Origin: an uncultured delta proteobacterium
GTDB taxonomy: Bacteria; Myxococcota_A; Polyangia; Polyangiales; Polyangiaceae
Reading direction: 5' to 3'
NCBI GenBank assembly: GCA_963841435.1
Contig: CAWJCS010000002.1
Coordinates: forward strand, 384,001-448,000
Length of the DNA stretch: 64,000 bases
Positions 1 to 10,200 of the stretch are shown here, piece by piece. The notes beneath the pieces are model-generated. The model made no database searches and had not been told where the DNA came from. It saw nothing but the letters and a program-made list of their open reading frames with translations. Every line of letters starts with the position of its first letter. Position 1 is the first letter of the stretch. Made by a program: the position numbers and the translations under genes.

Positions 1-456
1 GGGCTTGAGGTCCCGATGGATGGCGCCCGTGATGTGCGCGGAGTGCACGCCGTCCGCCGCCTGGGCCGCGAGATCGAGCACCTCCTCGACGGACAGCGCG
101 CCGTGCTCGTTCAATACATCCCGGAGCGAGCGCCCCCGCAAGAGCTCCATCACGATGTAGAGCAGGCCCGTCTCCGTCATCCCGGCGTCGATCACCTCGA
201 CGATGTTGTGGTGGCGGAGTCGGTTCAGGAGCTGCGCTTCGGCCTGCCCCCGCCGCAATGATTCGCGATCGATGCCTCCCGGACGATGGAGCACCTTGAT
301 GGCCACCTCACGACCCATGAAGGTGTTGATCGCGTGGTAGACGCAGGCATGCCCTCCCTGGCCGATGAGGTCCTTGATCTCGTACTTTGAAAGGAAGGTA
401 TCCCCTGCACTGAGGGGACCCTGCGCGGCCCGCTGGGACATCCGAACGGAGCTCAT
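1..456 (-). CDS. Hanks-type Ser/Thr protein kinase, N-terminal part (runs off the window edge)
   Basis: Not in the ORF track; translated by hand from ATG 456: MSSVRMSQ...YEIKDLIGQGGHACVY...VAIKVL...LRHHNIVEV...YIVMELL...IHRDLKP (kinase subdomains I-VIb). Confidence 0.92.
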   Translation of the reverse strand, partial: MSSVRMSQRAAQGPLSAGDTFLSKYEIKDLIGQGGHACVYHAINTFMGREVAIKVLHRPGGIDRESLRRGQAEAQLLNRLRHHNIVEVIDAGMTETGLLYIVMELLRGRSLRDVLNEHGALSVEEVLDLAAQAADGVHSAHITGAIHRDLKP

Positions 457-541
457 CCTAGCCCATCTCCGTGAGCCGGCAGCGGGCGGGACAGGGGCCG
501 CCTCGCGCTCGCGTTCTCGCAATCTTCGAGCACATGCCCCG

Positions 542-568
542 TTCGGCAGGTCAGGGGTCGCCGTTGCA
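542..568 (-). promoter_or_regulatory. Putative sigma-28-like promoter (TGCAACG-N14-GCCGAA) for the kinase at 456
   Basis: Plus strand reads TTCGGC (542-547), 14 nt, CGTTGCA (562-568); same motif and spacing as the other intergenic sites. Confidence 0.65.
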
Positions 569-733
569 GCTTTTTGCTGGGGGCGCACCTCGGGTCGGGC
601 GGAGCGGCCAAGCCGGGCAGGGCGAGCACCCGAGCGAAGGCGCGGCGACACGCGGACTGGGTCGTTCTGCTCGCGGTGGTCGCGGACAGACGGTCGCCGG
701 TCGCGGGGCGACTTCTCGCCCACAGCCGTTTTG

Positions 734-760
734 TGCAACGCTTGACCCCGCCCGGCCGAT
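734..760 (+). promoter_or_regulatory. Putative sigma-28-like promoter (TGCAACG-N14-GCCGAT)
   Basis: TGCAACG 734-740, GCCGAT 755-760, 10 nt before ATG 771. Confidence 0.7.
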
Positions 761-770
761 TGGTCCTACG

Positions 771-2740
771 ATGCGCACGTTGAATCGGTTCTTCGCCATT
801 GCTCTCGTCGCTGCGGCCTCTTACGCCCCGCTCGCGGGGTGCGGCAAGAGTGACCGTCCATGCGAGGAAACGCTGACTTGCCCCGGTACGATCCGGGCGG
901 GGTCTGCCGGTGCGGGCGCGACCAGTGGCAGCGGCGGAGCTGGCACCGGTGGCACGGGTGGCACGACTGGCGGTGGCGGTCGAGGCGGCGCTGCCGCCTC
1001 CGGTCAGGGCGGCGGGTCGGGAGACAGCGCTCTTGGCGGGGGCGGCGGGAGCGGGCAAAACGGGGGTGAAGGTGGAGCTGGCCTCTCCGACGAAGGTGGT
1101 GAGTCGGGAGAAGGCAATCTCGGCGGAGGCGGCAGCTCGCAAGGGGGCGGCGGCTCGGACGCGGGCCTCTCGCAAGATGGGTCCCCATGCTCGGCCGGCC
1201 CGGAGTGCGAGAGCGGGTATTGCGCCGACGGCGTCTGTTGCAATGGCCTCTGCGATGGGCAGTGTGAATCGTGCAAGGAAGGCGGCTCGGTGGGGACATG
1301 CACCCCCGTTCTGGGCACTCCGGTCGCGCCGCGCGCTGACTGCGCGGGGACCGCGCCTTGCAAAGGCGAATGCGACGGCAATGAGACCGAAGCCTGCACC
1401 TTTCCCGATAGCTCGGCCGTTTGTAGTGCCGCCATCTGCACGAACGGCCAGATCACGACCGCGTCGGTTTGCAACGGCTCGGGGGCCTGCACCACGACCA
1501 CCAACAGTGCCTGCCCAGCCGGTGGCTGTGCTCCCGGCAACATGGCGTGCGCGACCAGCTGCACGTCGAGCTCCTGCGGTGCCGGCACCTATTGTGATAC
1601 GACGGGCGCCTGCGTCACGACGCTCGGTCCCGGGCAGAGCTGCTCGGCCGACGTGCAGTGTGGGTCCGGACACTGCGTTCGACGGCGTGTGCTGCGAGAC
1701 TTCCTGCACGGGCCAGTGCATGATCTGCAACTCTGCCGGGAGCTGCGTGCGCAAGACATCCGGAGCTCCAGCGAATGGTCGCGCTGCTTGCACGAGCAGC
1801 GGCACGACTTGCGGCGGCACCTGCAACGGCACTTCGGACACCTGCGCCTATCCTGGCTCGAGCACGAGCTGCGCGACCCCCACGTGCTCCACCGACACGA
1901 CGCAGGTCAACTCGATGGCGTGCAACGGACAGGGCGCCTGCGCGCCGCAGACGATGAGCTGCAACTCCTCATCGTATTGCAAAGGTGGCGCGTGCGTTAC
2001 GAAGGTCGCCAACGGTGGCTCGTGCCAGGGCAGCAACCAGTGCCAAAGCGCAAACTGCTCCACGGATGCCGTCACCGCCACGAGCATTTGCTGCCAGGCG
2101 GGCCGTTCGAACTGCGGCAGCTGCGTTCGACCTGCAGAGCGACGCCTCGCATTGCGGCAGTTGCTCGAATGCTTGCGGCGCGAACCGGGCCTGCCAGAGC
2201 GCGACGTGCCAGTGCACGGGCTACGCGTTCCCCCCGGCATGCGGTCGGTGCGGAAGCTTCGGCTTCGAGTCGGGCACCACGGAAGGCTGGGTCGCGGACA
2301 CCGACCCCAATTTTCCAGTCAACGGCGGCGCCAACAACGGGGTCACGAACGTCACGTTCACCCAGACTCGAGTCCACGACGGCAGCTATGGCCTGGCTGT
2401 CCCCGGCCTCACGAGCTCCGAGGTCGTTTCCGTTGCCGTACCACTGTGTACGGGATCAGCGTCCGTCGCACTCGGCGGCTTCACGATGTCGGCCTGGGTT
2501 TATCTCACGGGTACGACGTTGGACTCGCTTGCGTTCCTGTTCCTCGACGCTTGGAATGCCACGTCGCAAGTCAGTAGTCCCGTCCTGACGGGTAACAACA
2601 TCACGATGAACACCTGGCACCACGTGACGGCAACGTTCAGCTCCGCCATCCAGGCCGACCACGTGGCCATCCGGCTCAACCCGAATACGGCCTGGACCGG
2701 CACGATGTACATCGACAGCGTCGACGTCACGGGCCCGTGA
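771..2740 (+). CDS. Cys-rich repeat lipoprotein with Gly/Ser-rich linker and C-terminal carbohydrate-binding-like beta-sandwich; two +1 frameshifts (~1678, ~2126)
   Basis: MRTLNRFFAIALVAAASYAPLAGC lipobox. Repeats of the C.SG.C.DGVCC type continue across ORFs 471..2588, 910..2577 and 1985..2740. C-terminus FGFESGTTEGW...MYIDSVDV. Confidence 0.8.
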
Positions 2741-2744
2741 GCCC

Positions 2745-4613
2745 ATGAAGGCACCGAAGGCGTCGCAGGACCCGCTGGAGCGGGGGCTCAAGCTACAGCG
2801 CAGTGGGCGCACGAAAGAGGCGGAGTCGGCCTTCCGGCAGCTGATCTCGAAGAACGCACGGCACCACCGGGCGCTGTCCGCGCTCGGCATTCTCATGTTC
2901 GAGACCGGGCGCGTCGAGGAAGCGACTCGCTATCTCGAGCGAGCCGTCCAGGTCGAGCCAAACCCCAAATATCTGACGAACCTCGGCGAGGTCTACCGGC
3001 GACAAGGTCGATTGGACGTCGCCGCGGAGGCATTCGGACGGATCCTCGAAACCGAGCCGAGCTATCCGGACGCGCGCCTGAACCTTGCTTCGGTCCTCGG
3101 CGAGGCGGGCGTCTACGCGCCGGCGCTCGAGCTGCTCCAGCAAGCGGCGGCGTTCGGTCCCGACGGGCCACGCCTCCGGGTTACTCTCGCGTGGGTACTG
3201 TTCCGCCTCAATCGGCCCGACGAATCGTTGGTCCACGCCCGGCGCGCCGTCGAGCTTGCTCCGGACCTCGCATCGGCTCACGGGCAGCTCGGCGACGCCC
3301 TCGATGCGACGGGCGAAAAGGCCGCGGCCCTCGAGAGCTACCGCCGCGCCACCGAGCTCGACCCCTCCAACGACCGTTCTCACAGCGACCTCATCGTCGC
3401 GATGCTCTCGGGTCCGGACTACGACGCCCGGGCCGTCTTCACCGAAGCGCGCGCCTGGGCCGAGCGCCACGCAGAGCCGCTACGAAAGTACCTGCGCGCC
3501 CACGAAAACGACAAAGATCCCGAGCGCCGCCTACGCATCGGCTACGTCTCACCCGATTTTCGGGCGCACGCGATTCAGCAGTTCCTGGTGCCTCTCTTCG
3601 AGCATCACGAAAGGGCCGCATTCGAGATCTTCTTGTATTCGTCCGTGGATCGGCCGGACGCGGAGACCGAATGGTATCGGACGTTCGCGGGGGACCACTT
3701 TCGCGACATTCGACCGCTCGATGACGTTGCGGCCGCCGAGCTCGTCCGCCGCGACCGCGTGGACATTCTGGTCGATCTGGCCCTCCACAGCGCGGGGGGC
3801 CGCCTCAGGACCTTCGCGTGCAAGCCGGCGCCCGTGCAAATGAGCTGGCTCGGCTACGTCGGAACGACGGGCCTCGACACCATCGACTATCGCATCACCG
3901 ATCCTTTCGTCGATCCGCCCGGCACCGAGCTCGGCGCCTACTCCGAGGCCTGCCTCCACTTGCCCGAGACGCTGTGGTGCTACTCGGCGCTCGACACCGA
4001 GCTTTCAGTCGGTGCCCTGCCTGCCCTCGGCGCGGGCCACGTCACGTTCGGTTCTCAGAACACCTACCGCAAGCTCCACGACGCGGTCTTCGTGCTCTGG
4101 GCGCGAGTGCTGAATGCGGTGCCACGGTCGCGACTGTTCCTCTACGCAGAAGAGCATGCGCGCGAGCGGCTCCGCCGAGTGTTCGCTCACGAGGGGATTG
4201 ACGCGGACCGGATCGTGCTCGGAGGCCGGGTTTCGCGCCACGAGTACCTCGAGCGCTATGGTCGCATCGACATCGGGCTCGACACGTTCCCGTTCAACGG
4301 GGCGACCACGACGCTCGACGCGGCGTGGATGGGCGTGCCGGTCGTCAGCCTGAGCGGCTCCTCCGGGTTGCAGCGTGCCGGGGTCAGCATCGCCACGAAC
4401 CTCGGACTTCCCGAGCTTTTCGCGAGCTCCGAGGACGGGTTCGTCGAAACGGCCACCGCGCTCGCGCGCGACCTCGATCGGTTGAGCAAGCTTCGCGCCG
4501 AGCTTCGCTCCCGACTCGAAACGTCGCCGCTCGGAGACGCGCCGCGCTTCGCGCGCCATCTCGAAGCGGCCTATCGTACGGCGTGGCGGCGCTACTGCTC
4601 GGCGCCCGGCTGA
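2745..4613 (+). CDS. TPR-containing O-GlcNAc transferase / SPINDLY-like glycosyltransferase (GT41)
   Basis: N-terminal TPRs; RLRIGYVSPDFRAH, DILVDLALH, KPAPVQMSWLGYVGTTG, DIGLDTFPFNGATTTLDAAWMGVPVV motifs. Confidence 0.92.
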   Translation: MKAPKASQDPLERGLKLQRSGRTKEAESAFRQLISKNARHHRALSALGILMFETGRVEEATRYLERAVQVEPNPKYLTNLGEVYRRQGRLDVAAEAFGRILETEPSYPDARLNLASVLGEAGVYAPALELLQQAAAFGPDGPRLRVTLAWVLFRLNRPDESLVHARRAVELAPDLASAHGQLGDALDATGEKAAALESYRRATELDPSNDRSHSDLIVAMLSGPDYDARAVFTEARAWAERHAEPLRKYLRAHENDKDPERRLRIGYVSPDFRAHAIQQFLVPLFEHHERAAFEIFLYSSVDRPDAETEWYRTFAGDHFRDIRPLDDVAAAELVRRDRVDILVDLALHSAGGRLRTFACKPAPVQMSWLGYVGTTGLDTIDYRITDPFVDPPGTELGAYSEACLHLPETLWCYSALDTELSVGALPALGAGHVTFGSQNTYRKLHDAVFVLWARVLNAVPRSRLFLYAEEHARERLRRVFAHEGIDADRIVLGGRVSRHEYLERYGRIDIGLDTFPFNGATTTLDAAWMGVPVVSLSGSSGLQRAGVSIATNLGLPELFASSEDGFVETATALARDLDRLSKLRAELRSRLETSPLGDAPRFARHLEAAYRTAWRRYCSAPG

Positions 4614-4636
4614 GGGCTCACCCGTCGCCTCCTTCT

Positions 4637-6425
4637 ATGCCGCGCGTTTCCCGACAGCACGACCCGGCCGCACCGAAGCGACGTGAGCGCGCCCGAGTCC
4701 CCGCCTGGCTCTACGTCGTGATGGTGGCCGTGCTCGCCTTCGCGGCCTACAGCCGCCTTCCCGCGCTGCGCGCTCCAGTTGCGCTCGACGACTTCACGCA
4801 GCGAGCGCTCATCGAAGGCAAGCTCGCGCCGGCAAGAAGCATCCTCAATCTCTTCGATTTTTACGCGAATGACAGCCGTGACGCCTTCCTCGACCGCGGA
4901 GCAATCCCGTGGTGGGAATACGTGCCGCACGAAACGGCGCGCTTTCTGCGACCGCTCCCGAGCGCCCTCGTCTGGCTCGACTTTCGCGTCGCCGGTTACG
5001 ATGGCTTCTTGCCACACGTTTTTTCGCTGGCGTGGTGGGTTGCGGCCGTCGCGAGCGGCTTCGTGCTGTTTCGGGGGTTGCTGGGAGCGCGCGCCGCGTT
5101 GCTCGCCACCTCGGTGTTCGCGGTATCTCCTGCGCACACCGTCCCGGTCGTCTGGCTCGCGAATCGTGGCGTGCTCGTCACGCTCGTGTTCGGGGCGTGG
5201 GCGCTGCTCTATTACGCGCGCTTCCGCGAACGGGGGCTCCGGCGTGACGCCATCGTGAGCGGCGTGCTGTGGGCGGCGACGTTTTCGACGGGGGAGTACG
5301 CCCTGTGTTTCGCCGGGTACGTGCTCGCCATCGAGCTCTCGCGACGCGAGGAGACTGCCCTCTCGCGCTTGCGAAAGGCTTCGAGCTTCTTGCTGCCGTT
5401 CGTCGTCTACCTCGCCCTACACGCGGCGCTCGGGTACGGAGCACGAGGGTCTTCGTTTTATCGGAGCCCCCTCGCGGATCCGAACGGCTACCTCGGCGGC
5501 GCGCCGCGCGGGCTTGCCGTGCTGCTGGGCTCGCTCTGGTTCGGGATCCGCGACGAAGCCCTGACGGCAGCGCCCGCTCGCTCGCTCGCTCGTGCTCTGG
5601 GGCATTCCGCTCGCGAGCGTTCTCGGCCTCGCGCTGTTTCGCACGGGCGCGAGCCTGAAGCCCGAACGCCGAACGCGCTTCGTCTGGCTCGTGGCTGGAT
5701 CCGCGATCGCTCTTTTGCCGGTGCTTTCGGCGGGCGCTTCCATGCGGCTTCTCGGCCCGGCCGCGCTCGGCGCGAGCGCCGGCATCGGACTCGTCATCGA
5801 AAGGGCGCTCTTTGGTCGGTCCCGGCAGGAGACGGGCGCCGGCCCAGCGAACGTCGTCGTTTCGCTCGTGGCCCTCGGCCTTGCCGTCTCGCACTTCGCG
5901 ATCGTGCCCGAACAAGCACACGCGTTCACGGCCCTCGCCGCGCAGAAGGAACCGGAGTTCGACGCGCGAATGGCGTGGGTGCGGGCACGAATGACCCCGG
6001 AAAAGTCCACCATCGTCGTGCTGCGCAGCGTTTCGCCGCCAACGGCGTTCGTCGCTCCCTTCATGCTGCGAGACGCCGCGCCTGCACGCTTTCGAGTCCT
6101 GTGCCAGGCGTACGGGCGGATCGCTGTCGTACGTTCCGGCCCGCGCACCCTGGACGTGACTCAAGACGGCAACGAGCCCCTGGTGCACTTCGGTGTGGGC
6201 AATCCGGTGCGTGCCGTCCCATTCCAGGTGGGGGAGGTCGTGGAGGTGCCGGGCATGCGGGTCATAGTCGGCCAGCTCGACGCGGATGGCCTGCCCAAAA
6301 AGCTTCATTTCGAGTTCGATCGGGATCTCGACGATCCGTCGTTCTTCTGGATCCAGGCAGGTGTTTCCGGGTTCTCCGAGGCGTTCCTGCCCCCCGTCGG
6401 CTACGGGATGCTGCTTGCGCCGTGA
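4637..6425 (+). CDS. Polytopic membrane protein, GT-C-like glycosyltransferase; +1 frameshift at a (GCTC)4 tract 5576-5591
   Basis: Many hydrophobic helices, LDDF after TM1, FLRPL motif; reading continues in ORF 5592..6425. Confidence 0.65.
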
Positions 6426-6474
6426 TCACGCGTGACATGAAGGCGCCCCTCGTGCCCGCTTGGATCTCGCAACG

Positions 6475-6789
6475 CTACGGCTCGAGCCGAACGCGATAGG
6501 CTTGGCTCCGCACGCCCGGAGCGAGCGGTCCGCTCGCGCAGCCAACCACGACCTTGCCGTCGGCGCTGATGGCGTGTGCGCTCTCCAAGCTCCAGTCCTC
6601 GAGCATGTCTTCGAAGCCCCGCTCGTGCATCGCGTCGAGAAGGCTCCGCATGCCACCGGCGCGGTCCCAGAAGAAGGCCTCGCTCGGGTTCGCGGCGGGC
6701 GCGGCCGTCCCGACGATCCGCTTTCCATCGCCAGAAACGTCTCTCGCCGCGCTCCCGAAGTCGCCGAGCTCCGGAGGTCTCGGGACCAC
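6475..6789 (-). pseudogene. C-terminal fragment of a HAF-type extracellular repeat protein
   Basis: SAARDVSGDGKRIVG...EAFFWD...GGMRSL...WSLESAHAISADGKVVVG repeats; no signal peptide; similarity starts right at the stop of the upstream gene. Confidence 0.55.
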
Positions 6790-6790
6790 A

Positions 6791-7189
6791 TCATGGGCAA
6801 CTCCTCGAGCTGACGGCCACTCCGGATGGCGCGATGCTGAACGCGATTTCACCCTTGTGCCCCAATCCATTCGCTTCGAGCACGTAGTGCCGGCCTGGCT
6901 CGAGTTTGGGGCAGCCCGGAAGGCCACTGCCATACGGCCACGTCGCCGCGGGAGTGATGGCCCCTGCGCACAGGCGGCTGGCCCCTCTGCTCCCATCTTG
7001 CCGGCGGATGGAAACGAACTCGACCTTCTCTTCTCCGCGAAGAAAGAGCCCACAGTCCTGGAAGGAGAAGACCAACCCTGAGGGGAATTGCATCACGTCG
7101 ATGCGGAGGTCGCGCGAGCACGCCAGCAAGCCGATGCCAAGTATCGTGACAGCGGGGGTCAACGGATGGACGCGGCGGCCGGCTCCCAT
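6791..7189 (-). CDS. Small lipoprotein, candidate immunity protein for the upstream RHS toxin tip
   Basis: 132 aa with TILGIGLLAC lipobox; GAGGAG upstream; begins 32 nt after the toxin stop codon. Confidence 0.6.
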   Translation of the reverse strand: MGAGRRVHPLTPAVTILGIGLLACSRDLRIDVMQFPSGLVFSFQDCGLFLRGEEKVEFVSIRRQDGSRGASRLCAGAITPAATWPYGSGLPGCPKLEPGRHYVLEANGLGHKGEIAFSIAPSGVAVSSRSCP

Positions 7190-7220
7190 GCTTAGTCATC
7201 TCCTCGAGCTTTCTCCGAGT

Positions 7221-10200
7221 CTACCGAGACACCACGAAACGAGCAATCTCGGCAAAAGGGGCCATGCCGCCAGGGCTCTTCACTAGGTCCTGCAAGACAT
7301 AGTCCTCGAACATGTGTGCTTGCTGCTCAACGCCCGCCATTAGGAAGCGCAAGAACATCTCGTGGGGGGCGCTGCTCGCCGCGTACGCGTACGGATCGAT
7401 CCCCAGGAGGGAGCCTCCGATACCCAAAGAAAGACCGTCGGCCGTGACCGAAAGGAAATGCCCGTGGGATCGTTGCCAAACGTGAAACGCCTCGTGGGCG
7501 AGCGTTCCGGCGGCGTTGAGACTCTTGAAATTGACTTCGTTCGCAGCGTTCGACTTCACAAAATAGCTGGGCTTGAGCCAGATCTTCCGGCCGTACGGAT
7601 TCATCCCCACCGCGAACTTGCGCAATGCGGCGGGCATCGCCTCGACGTCGATAGAGTCGTAGTCGAGCGAACCACCATAGTAGCGCTTCAGAAACGCCCG
7701 CTCGTTCGCCGTGAGCGGACGCTTTCCATCTGCGTCCACATGATTGATCGGGTCGTTCCCACAGTACGCGTACACGTTCGTGTCCCCAGCCCCGAACCCG
7801 ATCGGATCCTTCGAAAGCCAGCGTCCGAGCGCGCCCGAGTAGTCTCGCGCGCCGAAGCGGGTGTAGCCGGTGTAAGCGTCGTCGAGGCCGCCCGCGAAAC
7901 CGAAGGGCTGGAAACCGGGGTTGGTGTCGCCCGTGACGTGGCCGAAGGCGTCGTAGTCGAGCTTTTGTTCGACGACGCCGGTCTGGGCGTTGACGACGAG
8001 GCGCACGCTGCCGACGTGGTCCTTGATGACGCGGTAAGGGACGCCGGCGCGCAGGATGTAGTCGGGGGCGCCGCCGATGGCGTCGTCGGCGTAGATGAAG
8101 TGCATGAAGATGCCGGCAGAGTTGACCTGGCCGACGGGACGCAGGCCGTCGCGATAGACCCACGCAGCGTCGAACTTACCGTCCACCTGGCGGGCGACGC
8201 GGCGGCCGAGGCCGTCCACCTTGTAGCTGATGACTCGCGTCGTACCCGAGCGGTTCTGCGTGACGGACAGGAGGTTGCCGAGCGCGTCGTAGACGAGCTC
8301 GTTGGCGTCGTCGCCGTCGCTCATGCGCAAGAGGTCGCCCTGCGGAGTTGCCTCGACGTCGGTGCTACCGAAGCGCGTCAGGCGATCCTGAGCATCGTAG
8401 TCGGCGTCGGCGACGAGGGCGCCATCGACGCTCACCGAAGTGCGGTTGCCGTTCGCGTCGTAGTCGTACTCCGTCGTGGTGCCGTTGACCGTCTCCTTCA
8501 CCAGCCGGCCGAGCTCGTCGTAGTCGTAGTCGATGCCGCGCTCGCCGTTGCCGATGATTTCGTCGATGTGCGTGATGCGGCCCAGTGCGTCACGCTCGAG
8601 CTTCTCGGTGAAGTTGACGTTGCCCTGGAAGGCCGCACGCAGACGCGACGGCTCGCCAAAACCATTGTAGTCGGTGGCCGTGGTCACCGTGCCGAGCGTC
8701 GTGTTCGTGATGAACCCGCTCTTCGCGTCACGCTCGATTTGGTACGTGACGTTGTTGGCGGTGGCCGAGGTCACGAGGCCGTCGTCGTCGTACGTGAACT
8801 TCGCCGTGCTCGAGCCGTTGACGGTCATCGAGGCGAGGAAGAAATTCTCGTCGTACTTGGCGGTGACGCTGCCGTCGATGGCGCCTGACCAGGTGCTGCC
8901 CGTCCAGAGTGGCCCGTCGTGGCTCAGCGTGACTTTCACGCTGTCCGAGCGATTGACGGACGTGAGCATGCCGCCCGAGTCGTAGCCATAGCTGATGGTC
9001 GCGTCGGGGATCTCGAGCGACTTCAAGCGGCCGCTCGCGTCGTCGTAGTGAAAGTCGAGGTTTTGACCGTCGGAGCGCGCGATCTGCAAGAGCTGCCGGT
9101 CGTCGTTGTAGTCGTAGCGGGCGCCGCCCACGGGCAGGTCGTTCTTGCCCGACCCGGAAACGGCCGGGGGCGTGCTGAGCTCGAGCAGGCTCGTCTTGGG
9201 CTGGTACGCGAAGGTGTGCGCGCCGCGGCCCGGAGGCGTGAGCGACAGGAGATTGTCGTCGTCGTCGTAGTCGAACGTGACCGCTTCGTCGTCGGGGCGG
9301 AGCAGCGACTGGATGCGCCCCACGAGATCCGACTCGTACTTCACGCGGTTCCCTTCAGGGTCTTCGCGCTGGGTTAGAAAGCCGTTGGCGTCGTATTCAT
9401 AGGCGACGCGGCGGACGTTGCCGTCGGCGCTCGCTGTCGTCTCGATGAGGCGCCCGAGCTCGTCGTACTCGAAGTGCAGCGACGGCAGCCCCGCCGCGAC
9501 GACGTTCGGTGCGGCGGCCGCGCTCGTCGAGCGTCGTCGTTCTCTGCCGGCCCACCGGCGTCGTCGTCGTGATGCTCCGATCGTCACGCAGGTAGAGCGT
9601 CTCGAACAACCGACCGTTCACGTCGGTGAGCTCGTCCCATTCCTCGACCGACAGCGCATTTTTGATGTCCGTCAGGCGCTTGCCGCGCATCTGGGCAACC
9701 TCGAGCGTGGAGCCGCTCGGAAGCTTGGTGGTGACGGTGCCGGGGTAGAGGGCCTGAGCGCCAAAGGCGGGGTCAGGGAGCAGCAGCGCGGTGGTCGTGC
9801 TGCCGTCAGCGCTTTTGAGCGTCCGGCTGATGGCCGTGTCGTCCCAGCGCACGATGCTGCTGTCGGGCAGATGGACCACGCGCTCGAGCGTCCCGCCGAG
9901 CCCTGCGACGAAATCGTAGGTCGTCTGGCGGCCGGCAGCGGTGGTGACCGAAACGCTCGTGCCGCCTTCGATCGCAACGCGCTCCAGGGTTTCCGTGTAG
10001 CCCGTCGGGTCGGTCGTGCTCGTGAGCGCGCCGTCCACGTACACCGCGTTGGTGATGCCACCGAGCGGGTCGGTGACTTTGGAAATTAGATCCGCGTCGT
10101 ACTCGAACGCGGTATCCCGACCGAGCGGGTCCGTGACTTTGTCGATACGGCCGCGATCGTCGAGCGTGACTTTGGTTTCTTGCAGGAAGGGCCCCTTGAA

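Noticed and set aside
1678-2127. Programmed ribosomal frameshifting at the two TGCGTTCGAC sites
   Set aside because: No slippery heptamer, and the same +1 pattern occurs in unrelated genes, which favours sequencing error
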